In this document: piece by piece, positions 1 through 14,025 of the stretch
How the letters are laid out: each line of letters starts with the position of its first letter
How positions within the stretch are numbered: position 1 is the first letter of the stretch
Assembly (NCBI GenBank): GCA_000934665.2
Contig: JYFJ02003694.1
Coordinates: 1-38,676, forward strand
DNA: 38,676 nt
Direction: 5' to 3'
Source of the DNA: Catajapyx aquilonaris
Lineage: Eukaryota
Notes under the pieces: model-generated
The model's input: the letters and a program-made list of their open reading frames with translations, nothing else
Databases searched by the model: none
What the model was told of the DNA's origin: nothing
Position numbers and translations under genes: made by a program

Positions 1-305
1 CGCCTCCTCGGAGATGCGCGGATAGTCAACAGCGGATTTGTTGTTGCCAGGTTATGGCGTATCGCGTTGTTGTAAGTAAACAACAACGCGATACGCCATA
101 ACCTGGCAACAACTGCGCGCCATCTATCAACAAAACAGTCCGCTCGCCTAGCGCCTCCCGCACGAAGCGTCTGAGCGCACCCGTTCCTTGTCTATGAACC
201 CCCTCTAGATGGCGTTTCCGGACACGGGTTCCTATGTCAAAAATACTTGTCTTGGTCCCCTCTATTACCCCTGAAAGTCTTTGCAGAGTTACAATAAACA
301 CCCTG
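1..305. mobile_element. Right end of a Tc1/mariner-type (CAGGGTG...CACCCTG, TA target) MITE, truncated by the window start; related to 28206-29374
   Basis: Ends CACCCTG|TA at 299-307. Bases 171-280 are nearly identical to 29240-29349. Contains a perfect 34-bp-arm hairpin at 40-113. Confidence 0.8.
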
Positions 306-3300
306 TATAATTATATACACATACATAATTATAGCCCTACACACTTCTTTACTGCGCATATGTAGCGTATTAATGAACTCGTCCTAAAAATATACCAGTA
401 CATGTTTATGCGACACTCTCGGCTCCATTCATAATACAGCTCCAGCGCCAACACTTTGTTCTTAATTAATAAAAGCCTTTTGCGCATTTCGAGGCGTAAG
501 CCCTAACAATAGGAATTCATACACCGGTGCCGGTGACATTCCTGTGGCATAGTTCTTTTTATAGGTGCAGCACAGTGTATTTCTCTGATTCTCTCTGTGA
601 GAGAGAAATATATATAACTGCCAGCAGGTATAGTCGCAATTGTAGTAAACCTGCAATGCCTGAAGCCATCATATTAAATTGCTAACTTCGGTCAGTGCTG
701 CTCGTTTTCTGCCTATAGGAAATTCCCCTATGACACATAATAACATGCGCATATATATTGCCAATTTCGAATACCATTCTAAGAATAACTGCGCTAAGAT
801 TATAATAGTAATATAACTCTGAAACTGGGGAGTACTGCATACTGCGGACTAATAATCATAATGAGGGTGACCTAATTCACAATATTTGACGCGTGCATTG
901 ACAAATATAATGGCAAATTTTGATGGCTGTTTATAAAGCAGGCGATTTTTTTTTATAACACGCCACTGTAAGCGTAAATGGGAGCGTTACTATTAATAGA
1001 CTAATCGATGATGTCACTCAAATCGACGCTCCGACATTAACGAAGTGCCTAACAACTCTCATCACTGATAAAGCTGCAGTTTATATTTAACTTAAGAAAT
1101 GCGTCACTATATTACAAGAAACTCGACACTTTGAATGTTTCCCATCCAATCTCTTGTCAGCTTCATTCAGCCCCGTTATTACAGTTTCGCTTCTCAATAG
1201 TGGAAGCAACTAAGGCTGTGACGCAGGACAACGACGTTACGCAACACTGCGCGTCTGCATGACCCGCCTCTGATTAGCGAAGCTTCAGATTCTCTTGTTA
1301 CCTTAAGTGTTAAATTCCGCCAGAGTTGGTTTAAAGCTGAGCAACTCAGCAAATATTGTTTGCAAGGGGCTTCATGATATACGGGAGGCAAAGGTTTGTA
1401 CTAGAATAATGTTCAAGTACAAACGGAATCACATTACCGGCATGAAGGTAAATAATGAGGGCCATTCAAAAGGGCTGGTGTACCATCTCATTAATATTAA
1501 GCCAAGCCTCATAAGACCGAATGACCGATTGCTTAAAGTAGGGTACATTATAATAATTATGAGGTGAACTAAAATTATGTGCCTTTCGTCATGACTGCAA
1601 ATGTTTAACGATTATAAAAGTGTTCTCGAGGGAGCCAGTCTTCATCAGCTTGAACAATGCACACAATCTGAAGTTGAAATTGAGTTAAGATTAAAAATTT
1701 TCTCCAAGCGAGTAACTTTGTTAGTTTCACACTGTGGAAGTAATTTTCGGCCGTAAACATGCAAAAATGTATGAAGGTTCGTGCAATGACTTTTGTTACG
1801 AATTCTGAATTATTACAGTATCTTGTAAATCAGGCGATAAAAATATACGTGCCCCAGTTAGAAGCGTGATATAATTTGCCTTTCGTAATATTACACAAAG
1901 ATTGATGCAATATTTAATCAATGCTAATTTTCTCAGTCAAAAGGCTATTGAAACCTAATTACACCTCTTCATATAGTGGTTCTCTGATGTCCAGGAATTC
2001 CCCCGAAAAATTTGTCTGAATCATTACGCAACACCATATACAGTTCATTCACAAATGCAAGTTAAACTTAATCGTCAAATTGCGACGTCCGGTACTCGTA
2101 ACAAGAGCAAATTAATTACTCTCGTCAAATATTGATTTTTTTTTTGCAAGTGCTCATGAAGCCGTTAAAAGCTTCGCTTAATTTCGCGGCTACGTAATGC
2201 AGATGTCTTACCTAAAAGCATGAGTATGGAGGCGCGAAAGGGAAGGGGGAATGAGGGAGGGAGATGGGGGAAAGGAGAAGAATAGCTGAATGTGAAGGTA
2301 CAAATTCCCCAAGCAGTAGTTAATTGGACGGCTGTCATTATACTTCGGGGAATGTTATAGGTTCATGTGGTAGAGTAATTTCTACCTTGCTTAAAGGGCA
2401 ACCAATATAACATTACTGACAATTTAAACGTGAGCTGCAGTTACTACTAAATTTGTCATCAGAGACTAGGAAATATAATATTATGTAACTTCTTACTAGT
2501 GTTATTACCAATATTCTAATCACTTATAGTTACTAAAAGGTCAGCATTATTACAAGTTGCGACCGAGATATAAGCAGTATAATATTACACGAGTAATATG
2601 TACTGCGCAACTGATTCAGTAGCATAATTAAACCTGGTTCTCACAATTGCGTTTGCACCCCCTTCATCCCAGATGGCTTTTATTTATTTCCTGGAAAAAG
2701 TGACTTCCCAGTCGTTTGTTTAACTCCCGTTGCTGATAAATGAGGTAGAAACCACCGTCCGTCCTTTGAGACACATAAAACAGGTTTACCACGCCTACAA
2801 ACACAAGACGCAGCTGCAACATCACATATTTTTTTTTGGCCTTCATTCGAGAGAACGTAGTACCTTTAGGAGTTTAGGTGATGCCATCGTCGTCGTCGTC
2901 ACCGTTATCAGAGTCTATTATTTGCCCCATAATAATTCAGTATAGACATTATAAGCGGTAGTCAAAAAGCTACAATAAAGGGTGACATTAGTTTTGTTAA
3001 AGACACCTTGCAGCTCTTGAAGCACAAAGGCCGCACTTCAAATAAAGCGAAGTAGACCTTTCGAACGCCCAAGATGGTTACGTAACAGACTTTCTAAGAA
3101 CACCTTGATACTTACTTGGCTTCCCAGATCACGCTTTCCTATACCACACAGAATTACTTGGAACGATGATGTTTCTACTTAACGTAAATGGATATTTAAA
3201 CCCTTCGCTACCAGCTACGCCAAAAACGTCTATATAGATTTTAGCTTACGACTACTCTGAACTCTGAAGATAAAGATAAAATATTTTACAAATAATAACA

Positions 3301-3479
3301 GCCATATTTACCCATTTGTGGAAAACACTATAAATGGGTTGCGAAAAATTTTACTCCTCTATAAGTCCCTAAATTAATTCCCCAAAAAACCACCTTAAAA
3401 ACTCGAAATTTGAGTACTACCGGCCAACTGTTAGGCTGATTTAATTAGTAATACGTTGAAATATACGGAACAACAATCT

Positions 3480-3676
3480 TGAGAACCGTGCCAGACTAAT
3501 TTGCTGAAATCGTCGTACTTTGCGAGAAATAAATACTTATTTCCGGCTTGCTGGCACTTCGGAAAACTCACATTCAATTTGAGAGCTTTCCGAAGTGTCA
3601 AGAAGCCGCAAATAAGTATTAATTAATTTCTCCCAAAGTACAACGATTTCAGAAAATTCGTCTGGCACGGTTCTCA
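3480..3676. repeat. Long imperfect inverted repeat (about 90-bp arms), probable MITE or fold-back remnant
   Basis: TGAGAACCGTGCCAGAC...CACTTCGGAAAACTC at the left pairs with GAGCTTTCCGAAGTG...GTCTGGCACGGTTCTCA at the right, with a short spacer. Confidence 0.75.
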
Positions 3677-4734
3677 CGGTTGCGTCTCATAGTAATCTAA
3701 CGGAAGCCAGCGCTTGTAAGCTTCTTATATGAAGCCACAGAAGTGGCATGTTTTTCGTCCTTGTATGCAGTATTAAGTTAGTAATTCCCTTTAAACTCTT
3801 TTCCGTAATAAAACAACAATGGGCGACCAAAACAGTCACATTCAATTGAGTTTACTGGGAACTCGCGGAATTATTCAAGAAAACATTTCTTTGAATTCTT
3901 TCTATTGAACCTACACTGTCGTAAGAATAATGGAAACATATGATGAAACGTTTTAAAATAACAGATATTAATATTATAAACCGTTTCTGCATTTAATTCC
4001 AGAATATTTAATCATGTGCATGCTGACACTAGCATATCAACCATCATGAGAAGGACCTCTAAGGGCAGCACATACTCTAATTACGTAATGTTATTACTAT
4101 CATTATGATAGCACTTGTGACCTTTTTCTCCCCTAAACTCTATAGTCTGTCCTATTTTTAAAGTAAGTTTCACACCCATCTGCTTCAATCTCCACGTCAC
4201 GACCTTATATTGCGCAGAATTAATGGTGGGCGTAAGATACAGTGTGCCAACAATAATGACGATACGGGACCTTATCTAATATGGGCTATTTTAAGATTGG
4301 ATAATATTCAGGCATGATACGCAATTGCAAACCCATAAATTGTTGAGTCAATGGCGTCATTCCTACAGGTGTGTAGGAACTAATAAGTTTTTTGCTGCTT
4401 ACACGTGAACAAATGTTGGAATTACTGTATGCACGTTATGTTTAGGGGGAACAGAAACATCTGTTAAGGTGATAATAATTGTTTTTGTTGTATAATTACC
4501 TTGTATTGCTATTTTTGGTGTTGTGTAATATTATTCACAGATGATCCGTGCCAAAAGGAAAGGATACTTAATAGCAATATATTAGTGCGTGTGTGAAATT
4601 GAATTCTGAACAAACCTTTTTATGTGAAAGGGAATGTTTCATTAGGAGGGTTATGAATTACTCCTAAAAGGTGTAGCACATAATGAAATTGGCAGGTTGG
4701 TTGGCTAGGGATCAGGTGTTCTGGCACCGCTTAA

Positions 4735-5204
4735 CCCTTAACTGCGTAGGTGGAGCCTGAGAGGCTCCAAGCACTATTTAAACGCATATAACTTTTTCAT
4801 TGAATTTTATTTTCCACTCTCCTTCCGTGACTTTGTCAGAAAAACCTTCCTAAGCATGAAAAGGAAAGAAAAAATTTTTTAGTCCCTATTCTTTGGTTTA
4901 AAAAAAATCGTAACGAGGAACAGGTCCCTCTAACCACTCAGGCTATCCCTATGCAGGTGAAGCCAGAGCGGCTCAAAGTTGTTGATGTAACCTTTTAATT
5001 AAAAATTTTTCCCTGTCAGAATATGCTGACTCAGCGTGTGATTTTTACGTTTTCGGAAGCCTAATGATCTGAACTGCACTTTCTGTATGTGAAAAGTCCA
5101 ATATAACAATTGAGTTGATAAGCAGAGATTTAAATATACCGTTGGAGCCTCTCAGGCTCCACCTACGTAGTTAAAGGTGTTTCGCCCACCTACGTAGTTA
5201 AGGG
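4735..5204. mobile_element. piggyBac-type non-autonomous element (MITE)
   Basis: TTAA at both flanks (4731-4734, 5205-5208). TIR is CCCTTAACT(G/A)CGTAGGTGG. A subterminal IR GGAGCCTGAGAGGCTCCAA / TTGGAGCCTCTCAGGCTCC is present. Confidence 0.88.
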
Positions 5205-6663
5205 TTAACTGAATGAACGCTGGCCAATAATGGCAGCCCACTTCATGTAGGCTACTGAAACGTTTGACGCAGAATCAAGGGACAAAGATAGGGATTAAAG
5301 AGAGAGACTATGGCCATTATGAAAAGAACACCATCCAGGAATATTGAGTGGGTAAGTAGAATAAGGGCTTATCTCACAAGAATTTCAAAACTAACATTTT
5401 TGCATTTAACACATCTGCCGTCATTATTATGAAAGTTAATGTAAATTAGGCTGCTTCTTTATTTGTAAAAACAATCAAGGCTCTTTGTATTTTCAGACTG
5501 TGCACAGTAGAATAAGGATATCGGGTGCCAGCAATATACTGTATTCTTATTCCGATTAGACAAACATGCTATTCTGAAGAGACCATTGAACACAAATTAT
5601 GAGGGGGAAATTAAGAACAAAACTCCAAAAATTGGCTGATATTAGCCGCAAACCTGCAGAAGTAAACATTCAACTTGCCCTCCTGAAAAGTTGGGTCGAT
5701 GTGGGATACGCCTTCTTCCGCGAACTCACCCAATTGTCCTAGACGTGACGAGGCGAAAATAAGAAGAAGAAAAAAACGCTGGTCAGTACATCGGCAAAGA
5801 TAATAATAGAAACCCGAGATCTCCAAAATGATAGACTGAACTCCTAACCACTAGACTAGGCCTCTTCGATCATAATGTAATTAATACCTCCTGACTCCTT
5901 CCTGACATTTTCTTGCGCAAATTAATTATTTTGGTTTATTATTCTAGTGGTGGCGTTGCATGCCTTATTATAAGTCACGAAAGAAGATGATTAACACAAG
6001 AGGAGAATAAAGCAGTAAACATGTCGCTACTACAGAAGTTATTATTTTGAACTGTACATGCATGTGGCAAGTGCGGATATTCTATTGTTGTAGACCTACT
6101 TGAAAGGTCATATACGGGAACAAATTGACCGGAATAGTGCACAAAATAATGCATTTTTTCATGCTGACCATATAGGTCAATAGATGGCTCTAAGACTCGA
6201 ATGACGACTGAAGGGAAATGTTAATTTTGCATGCAGTTTTACAGTACTTTCCCATTAATATCCATAAATGGCTAATTGTATGACAAAACGAGCCCATAAC
6301 AAGCGAAACCTGCATTATCTAAGAATATATTTCAGTGTAAATTTGTATATTGTACCCAGTATATGATCGGTATTTAAAATGAATAAGCTTATCTAACAAA
6401 TGCCCATATATCAAGTTTTATTTTGAAATGGGATCTTCGTGTCATTCCTCGAATTACTTAGATCTGGAAAGCCCAGCTACTATAATATGCATTACTACAG
6501 TATTTTTCATTCATAATAAGCTCATTTTAAAATTAAATAAATAATGCCAATTTCATCCGCAATGAAAAGTAGGATTACTTTTAAATATAATTACTGGTAA
6601 TGGTAATGGTTTTATTGCCCAGTGAACACAAGGCCCTTTTTGGGGGCTTCGCCATAATACATA

Positions 6664-6938
6664 CAGGGTGTTAATCCTAGGCGTGTCACCAGAAAAGGTG
6701 GTGGTAGAGGGCGTAGGTGTGAGCATTTTTGCATAAGGAACTAGGGGTCGGAAACGCACCCTCACCGAGTCACTCCGCCGCGTGCCGCACGCCTCTTGCA
6801 CACTGCCTGCCGGAAACTTGAAAGGCGCGTAACCCGGTGAGGGTGCGTTTCCGACCCCTAGTTCCTTATACAAAAATGCTCACACCTGCGCCCTCTGCCA
6901 CCACCTTTTCTGGTGACACGCTTAGGATTAACACACTG
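6664..6938. mobile_element. Tc1/mariner-type MITE with about 105-bp TIRs
   Basis: TA|CAGGGTGTTAATCCTAGGCGTGTCACCAGAAAAGG ... CCTTTTCTGGTGACACGCTTAGGATTAACACACTG|TA, with TA duplicated. Confidence 0.88.
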
Positions 6939-8917
6939 TATATTGCAGGTATTACACCTTTTTAAAAATGTAATTACTGAACAACTGCTTTTTCCTCCAC
7001 ACAAATAACTTCGTTGAAGCTTATACATTTTAGGTAAAATACAGTACAATTACTAGAGAGTTAAAATGTATGTTACCACTCTAGTTCATGAGCTAATATC
7101 ACAAAAAGCAAATCCCCCCACCATACCTGGACTATTGTTAAAGTAATTTACAGCACAAACTGTGCTCCATCCACTTTGAGAAATGCGGTTCCGCACTACA
7201 AGCCTCTTGCCACTAATGCAATTTTAAAAACATCCCAGCAAATGTGGCCATCTCTCCACCCAGGAACCATCTGTTCCCCCCTTTCCACTCTTGATGACCC
7301 TTTACCCCGTAAATACGAGCCACCCGGCGAACAAAAGAGGCGCAAGGGTTGCACCGATATTTCAGGATAACATTCCCCAAAGTTTCACCAAATCCCATTT
7401 TCTGAAATAGCAGTGCAAATTCCATTAGGATTAAGCCCCACAAAGTTAGTCTCAAAGTCATCTAATCCTTGGCGCACTGTACTGTAAATACATTTACTGT
7501 AGAAATAATTCAACTCGACACTAATTAGCCTAGAGTTGAATGCACAGATGAGTCTTAGTAACCTCTTGCCCGTCACTTTGAAGAGTGGTGCAAAATATGG
7601 TCCGGGGCACCTTGGGCCAGTAATTCGATTATAAGTAGGAGGCAAGTTTCCGGACAAATCCTAAAAATAGCTTGGATGGAAGGGGTCGGGGGGGTCAAAA
7701 AGAGGGGTGGTATGACGAAGTGGGAGGGGGGTTCTGATGCAGCAGCATCCATAGGATCGATAGAAGCCGCCAAAAGAGGGTTAGTTCCCTCAGGCAGCCT
7801 TTTGTGAATGAAACGAAGCCGCCCACGCAGACCCCCACAATTTTGGGAGAGGTGCCAACCTGTGACGCAAACAAACCACGTGACTACCCTACCCCACCCT
7901 TACACCCACCGCCCTTTCCTTCCATTCAGAAACTGGCCCACATTCTACGTAGTTGCCAAATTCTCGAATGACGTATACGCTGTCGTAAGCTATAGGATGA
8001 CATATGCTAACCCCTTTTCCCCTTCCTGAACCCATTCAAAAAAAAAAGGGGGGGGGGGGGNCACGTCAACGACCAAGTGACAAGTGAATCGGATGATCTA
8101 ATTATACGTGGCTCGGAGCAGTACAGTATATCCATCCTAATATCGTACAGATGACGAGCTATAAGGCACAAATCCACAGTCATTACCTCTAATGACCGTA
8201 CAGGTTACGTAACATTATACTTGGAGGGGGGGGGGGGGTACATGCATTTTGACCTTTCTGCTTGAAATATATGGGTAGGCCTAATAAGAGACGGCGGATC
8301 ATGCATGTTAGTTTTTTTTCTCTGACTAACATTTTGTGACCCTTTATTTAAATTTTGCATTACACCCGTCTCATTTCCCTTGAAAATAAATCAAATTGTA
8401 CGACCTCCAGCCAACTGCTCCAACGTAACTTTGCTCCTAATGTTTTAAATATTCCCTTGCAGCACCTGCTTTCTCAACACCCGGTAAAACCCTCAAAAGC
8501 ACACATGCTTAACTAAGCGCCATAACGAAGTGAGCTGTCAATTAATACTTTATCGATAGTTTATTCAGAAGCAAAAAAGGTGGAGCCATATAGCAAAAGA
8601 GCAAACAAAATTTTGCAAATATAGGTGACAGCATAATCCCTGAAGCTTGGCAACCAGGCTTCCTTATCCAGCCCTCCCCGGAAAAATTCGGGCGCACTGG
8701 GGGGGAGTTGGGGATGGGTGACGTAGTTGCTGACGCCATGGATACATTTCCCGCTATTGGCGGATACATTAAGCTCCCAACCAATGACTGAACGCGACTC
8801 TGGGCTTGGATCAATCAAGAGACGCGATACACATATCCTAGGCGTTTCCATTCAGGAGGTGAGGTGAAATTCGTGGGATGGAGGGGATATGGTGGGGGAT
8901 GGGGGGGTGCTATACGT

Positions 8918-9052
8918 ATATATTTAAGCATCCCGCCACCGGCCCAGGGGCACATTTTGACCTGAGTAGGTCCTGTGATATACACCAACTCCGTTACGCT
9001 GCCGTACTTCCCGAGCCGAAGGTCCTTCCAGATTCAGACGCAAGAGGTGAGT
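8918..9052 (+). promoter_or_regulatory. Candidate core promoter and non-coding exon 1 (about 8952-9046) of the secreted-precursor gene
   Basis: TATTTAA at 8921-8927, a CATT Inr-like site about 30 bp downstream, and an ATG-free segment ending at a consensus donor CAAGAG|GTGAGT (9047). The gene's ATG exon begins after an acceptor (TTTATCTTTACAG, 14003), which implies an upstream exon. The link between the two is inference. Confidence 0.5.
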
Positions 9053-12000
9053 AGTAGTCTAAATCAATTGGTTAAATTCCTAATGGTTGGACCATGTGGG
9101 GAAAGTTTATTTACCTTTACTAGGGTTGTCAATATGTCGGCAATTTCGTTGACAATAGGGTAGTTCGATCGGGGTGTTTGTTTTTCTTTCGGGCAGTCAA
9201 TTGCCCCTACCTGTCCTTATTGGGAAGGACAATAGAAATCCAATTTCCTGCTCTTCCAGAGACAACAATGGCATCAGACAGGTAAACTCAATTATAGTTA
9301 AACCCATTAGGATACGCTTTCCAGGTGGTATGTTGGGATAAGTTTATTAGGTCTCTTGTATCAGTTTACAAACGAAATAGGGGCACAATCTGACGGGTTC
9401 GGTGAAGCCAAATTAATATTGCATGTCACGTTGCTAATAAATGGGAACTGTTAGAGAATACCTTTGAAGAGCAGTGCCCGCCCAATTTTCAAATGTGTTT
9501 AACGTGTCATAATATTTTGTGTAGAGTACTATTAAGTTCCAAATATTCGGATATTGTTTTTCACGAGCAATTGAACGTATATGTGAGTTATGTATGTAAT
9601 AAAATACACTGACGAATAAGTAAATAAACAGCGGAATAAATAAATGAATAAATAACAGCAAAAAATATTCATGTTTATATTTGTTTATTTACGTTCCCCC
9701 GTTGGAGGGCGGAAAACACACAAAACATACCGTAGATACCCATGCACATTGCTTCATAACACTATTATTTAGCATTACATAATGTTGACACCTGCTATGT
9801 AAGAGCATCGAAGCGAGATGAGCACTACATACAGGTAAGACTATACGGATAAGACCTGGTGGAGGCTCATTAGGTAAATGGGATATTTACCTCAGGTAAG
9901 CAGTGTCGTATAATTGTCATCCATATTGTGCGTGCAAATTCCAGTAAGTCTGAGTTAATCAAAAAAGAAACCGTACAAGAATATTAGCTAATCAATGCAA
10001 TTAATCTAATTATTTTCAAAATGAAATTGTCACATTTTCACGATATTGCCACAGAAAAAAAAAACATTCTTGGCGAATATAGGTCTACATTAACTGCAGC
10101 GTCTCACGGGTGTTGTGGATTTTCATTTTCGTAATGGTCACAGTTTCAACCTGTGACGGTGGTGACATGTAGCATGACAACCTTGAAATACGGAGAGTGG
10201 AACGGCGAAAAGCAAGTTTATTTTTCTAACCCGTAATATAGAGAACGGTACAAAACAGAACAATTATAATCCTATGCCGTCTCACTGGTTTGCAATTTTT
10301 GCTGGTTTGCACTGGTTTACATGAAGCCCGTTCCAAACGTCCAAATGAACCTATAGTATCACTCTAATGATGCTCATTCAGGAGCAAATCTACAGTTGCT
10401 TCAATAGGCTTCCTGTAATCAAGACCACATGCCGTACACGAAGGGCACGTGAGTTCGGGCAATTTGTTCCCTCTCTTATAATATCTTATAGAAGGTAATT
10501 GCGAAATACATATCTACAGTAAAAACTTGTTCAGTGACATTCTTTTTAAAATTCAAGTTTCCAAGCACATCTCCCGAGAACAAATTGTCATGAACATAGG
10601 TAAATCGTAAATGATAGAGGTAATTAAAAATGAACAAAATATAAGATGCCGTTAATTAAAATTCAAGGCGTTTTCACATGAATTTTCAACTGTAGCCTAC
10701 AGTACCCCAATGAAAACAGTTTGATTAAATAATGAAACCTCTGATATGCCTATAGGTAGGAATTTCATTATGAATTGTCCAACATAGTTAATACCTCATG
10801 CTGTTGTATAGTCGACGTGGTAGCCGCCGAAGCAGAATCTACAAGAGAAGGTAAATACACCCCATTAATACAGACATCTCTAGCGCGGAAATTAATGCCA
10901 TCGTCCTAAACCTCCGTCCATTCCGATTCCTGTTACGTAACAAATCCGTACAGTGAACCCCACTGCTGACGGAGATATAAACTCCGGCATCAATTTCGCA
11001 ATTGCTCATTAGCCAACATTGTTTCATTACCATATATATTTTTTCATAACTACATCATAAGAATAACAATTTAAAACACAATTCCCATTGAAATATCCTG
11101 ACTTTAACGCACATATCGAGCTAGAAGCCACACAAAAATGGTTTCCCCCCACTGTGGCGCCAACTCAACCTGGCTCCCAAAATAATATTGGCGCCAGTCT
11201 AACCGAGCCAACGACCAGTCAGGCAAGCTCGACGGTACCACTTTGGACATTTGGGGAAGATTCACCCACCCGAGAGCCGCCCCCATTCCGCAAAAGCCCT
11301 GTGTATATATATGCAACGATCCCCTTATCCGATAACAATGATGTTCACTACTAGCGGCAGGCATTGTCCTGATCCACATCGACGTGTAATCCGCTACAGT
11401 GTGGAATATAGTTACGCTAACACTGAACTGTACTAAAAGCATGACCTACTTTCCACATCAGTAGCAAAACCTCCATTGAATAGCTGAGGGTTTTACAAAC
11501 CATTTTGAATACCCTGTGCACTGCAGATATTCCCCCCCNCCCCCATCCACCAAAATAGCATCATTGAGGACATCCCACACAAAAATATGTTGGAATTATT
11601 GGCATTGTAGGTCTAAGGATCCGGACTCCTGGCCTAGTAGAGTATTGATCAGGAAGAAATGGAACACCCGCACCTTAAGGGTGGTCGACACCCCCCTATT
11701 CCCCTCCTGGCATCCTCCTTCCCCTTTCAACCTAAAATCCCCAATTCCCAGAGAAGGACTACTTCACCATGGCTACCGGCTGGAATATTCGGCTGGGATT
11801 CTGAGCTCCGAATGTAGGTTACCAGGTGTTATTTCGGCCATTAAATCGATCAGTACCAGGTGCGGTGCAAATGGATACAATCGGGGACTATGAAAACCAA
11901 TCTCTTTTTTTGCAATCCCACCCACCCACCCTGATGATTCAAACCACAGGCATTAAACAGGCTTAACACATAATGTCATTTCCATGGGCGGCTACTTTCA

Positions 12001-12759
12001 TTTAATTAGCCGGGACTCTCTTGATAATTTAAAAAAAAAATGTATGACCTTGCGTGAAATTCGCTATGGGAATTACAGACCAAATGATGGCCGTTGGGCA
12101 GGTTGTGCGTAAAATGTCGCCATAATTGATCCCAGGTCGTGTCAAGGGCGGCTTGACAAGCGGCCTACACCCACACACGCGTGTGGCTAACATCAGCACC
12201 CATATCAAGTACCTCCACGTCTCATTAATAATTCAGGAGGTTCAGTAATGAAGCGGAACATAGACACCTCGATGCAATCTAATCGGAGTTCCTATATGTT
12301 CGCTTTATTACGTATAATTGCATCCTTCGAGAGGACGCCTACCACATGGATAGATGCGCCTGTTGTATCTCTGAACCGCTAATTAGCACTCCTTGATAGT
12401 GGGGGAAAACCGCGGATCCCAGGGCTTGATGCCATACCAGGCTAAACATATCCGGGGCGACCTTGGACCTTGATGGAATTTATTCCATGTACAGCCACCT
12501 TTTGCCAGCCCGGAATCGCTGGATTTATTCTGCGAAAAGTAATATTGGCATACTCACGTGCCAGTGGGTACCATTTCACCCTATTGACATCCCGCCTGTT
12601 ATATCCTTTTATTGGCCTTGGGCCGTCGAGCGTGTCCATCTAACCTTTAGGAATGGAAACACGTTCAGCTTGAATTCTCTGAGTTGTACTGTACAGCATA
12701 ACGAATTCTTTTTCATAATATCCAGAGTTTATGGCTTCTCCGATCATTTTTTTAATTAA

Positions 12760-13160
12760 TCCTGGAACCGTGCCGTGCCTACGAGTATTACGGCAACCGT
12801 GCCGTGGGGTCTTTTCGGACCCCACCATATTTTAATTTTTGGCCTGACCATCCACCAGAGTGTCATTTTGTAGGTCATACGAGGGGGACAGGGGCAACCT
12901 GTACTCCGCTGGCTACCCCTCTATGGGATTATTTTGCCGTGAAGTAAATGATGATGATGATGATTAATTATTATATAACACTTTTCAATGTATTGACTAT
13001 ATACAATCATTCTTGAAACAATGCCTAAAATGATCGCTAATTCAAAATGAACCGGCACTTCCTGTTATATACTGTAAAAATGGAAAAAGTTCATTGTAAT
13101 GATCATTTTAAAGCATTTTTTCCTTGGGGTCCAAAAAGACCCCACGGCACGGTTCCAGGG
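12760..13160. mobile_element. piggyBac-type MITE, containing a short (TGA)n-tailed retroposon-like piece (about 12881-12965)
   Basis: TTAA|TCCTGGAACCGTGCCGTG ... CACGGCACGGTTCCAGGG|TTAA. A subterminal repeat CCGTGCCGTGGGGTCTTTTCGGACCCCA is mirrored at the right end. Confidence 0.82.
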
Positions 13161-14025
13161 TTAACAGCGACTGGCTCTTCTAATATGCAGGGTGACGTAC
13201 AAGTAAGCACGGATCGGTACCGGTGTAAATTACGCGAAGCTGTAATTTATTATTAATACATAATGGGATTCCACGCAACAAGCTTACATCACATAGTTAC
13301 TCTTTTTATTATACGACTTTACATATATAGAGTCGGTTATATCAACACAAACAAGAAGGAAATCTCCAATTATGTCGGATTTTATATTTTAATATGGTTA
13401 TTTAAATAGGCCTACTCAACATATGCATAGGTGTTCGCAATATAAAATCTGTAACAGATTTTGAAAGTGGCCCGCGGAAACGGGATAATCTCCCTAGAAC
13501 ATCCACAGAGAGACACTACTTCCACATGAGAACATTTTCTATCGAACATGATGATCAAACTCGAGATCGTAGGTGCGGGGGAGCTGTGGGGGATAACCAT
13601 TACACTCCTGTCGCTCTTTAATTAGCAAGGTATCTGGCTCTGAGGCGTGCGAAGGTCGTATTTACAAGGATGCTAGATCGGATTTATAAACATGCCGGTA
13701 GAAGTTCGTTGTAATGTACATTAATTTAACTTCCCTTTCTCAATTAGGATCTCAAATTAGTAAATAGCGAATATTATAGCACTTCACGGGTTTCTGTGAT
13801 GGAATCTCCTCTTCAGTCAAGCCCGCCTCCTATTAATAGGTATACCCAGCTGATATGCGCCGATTTTCACATATATAGGGCTACTGTACAGACCAACTTA
13901 TGGAGCACCCTCGGCATAAAGCTGCCTGCTGCTGTGGGAATTTACTAGAGGCACTCGGAAAATGCATGGAATAACCTCTGACCACTTCAATTTATCTTTA
14001 CAGCCGCATCTTGTGTCCACCGAAG

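Noticed and set aside
8038..8061. A/G homopolymers ending in n (similar at 11539 and 29631)
   Set aside because: Ambiguous bases next to homopolymers point to sequencing or assembly uncertainty.
7176..12828. Short ORFs (60-125 aa) in GC-richer patches, considered as viral or TE protein relics
   Set aside because: No recognisable domains or consistent splice chain. They are better explained as promoter or first-intron sequence, though a profile search could overturn this.
3937..13852. CATATG/CAGCTG E-boxes (DIMMED-type) and TAATTA sites around the precursor gene
   Set aside because: Counts are about what AT-rich DNA gives by chance; there is no support without conservation data.
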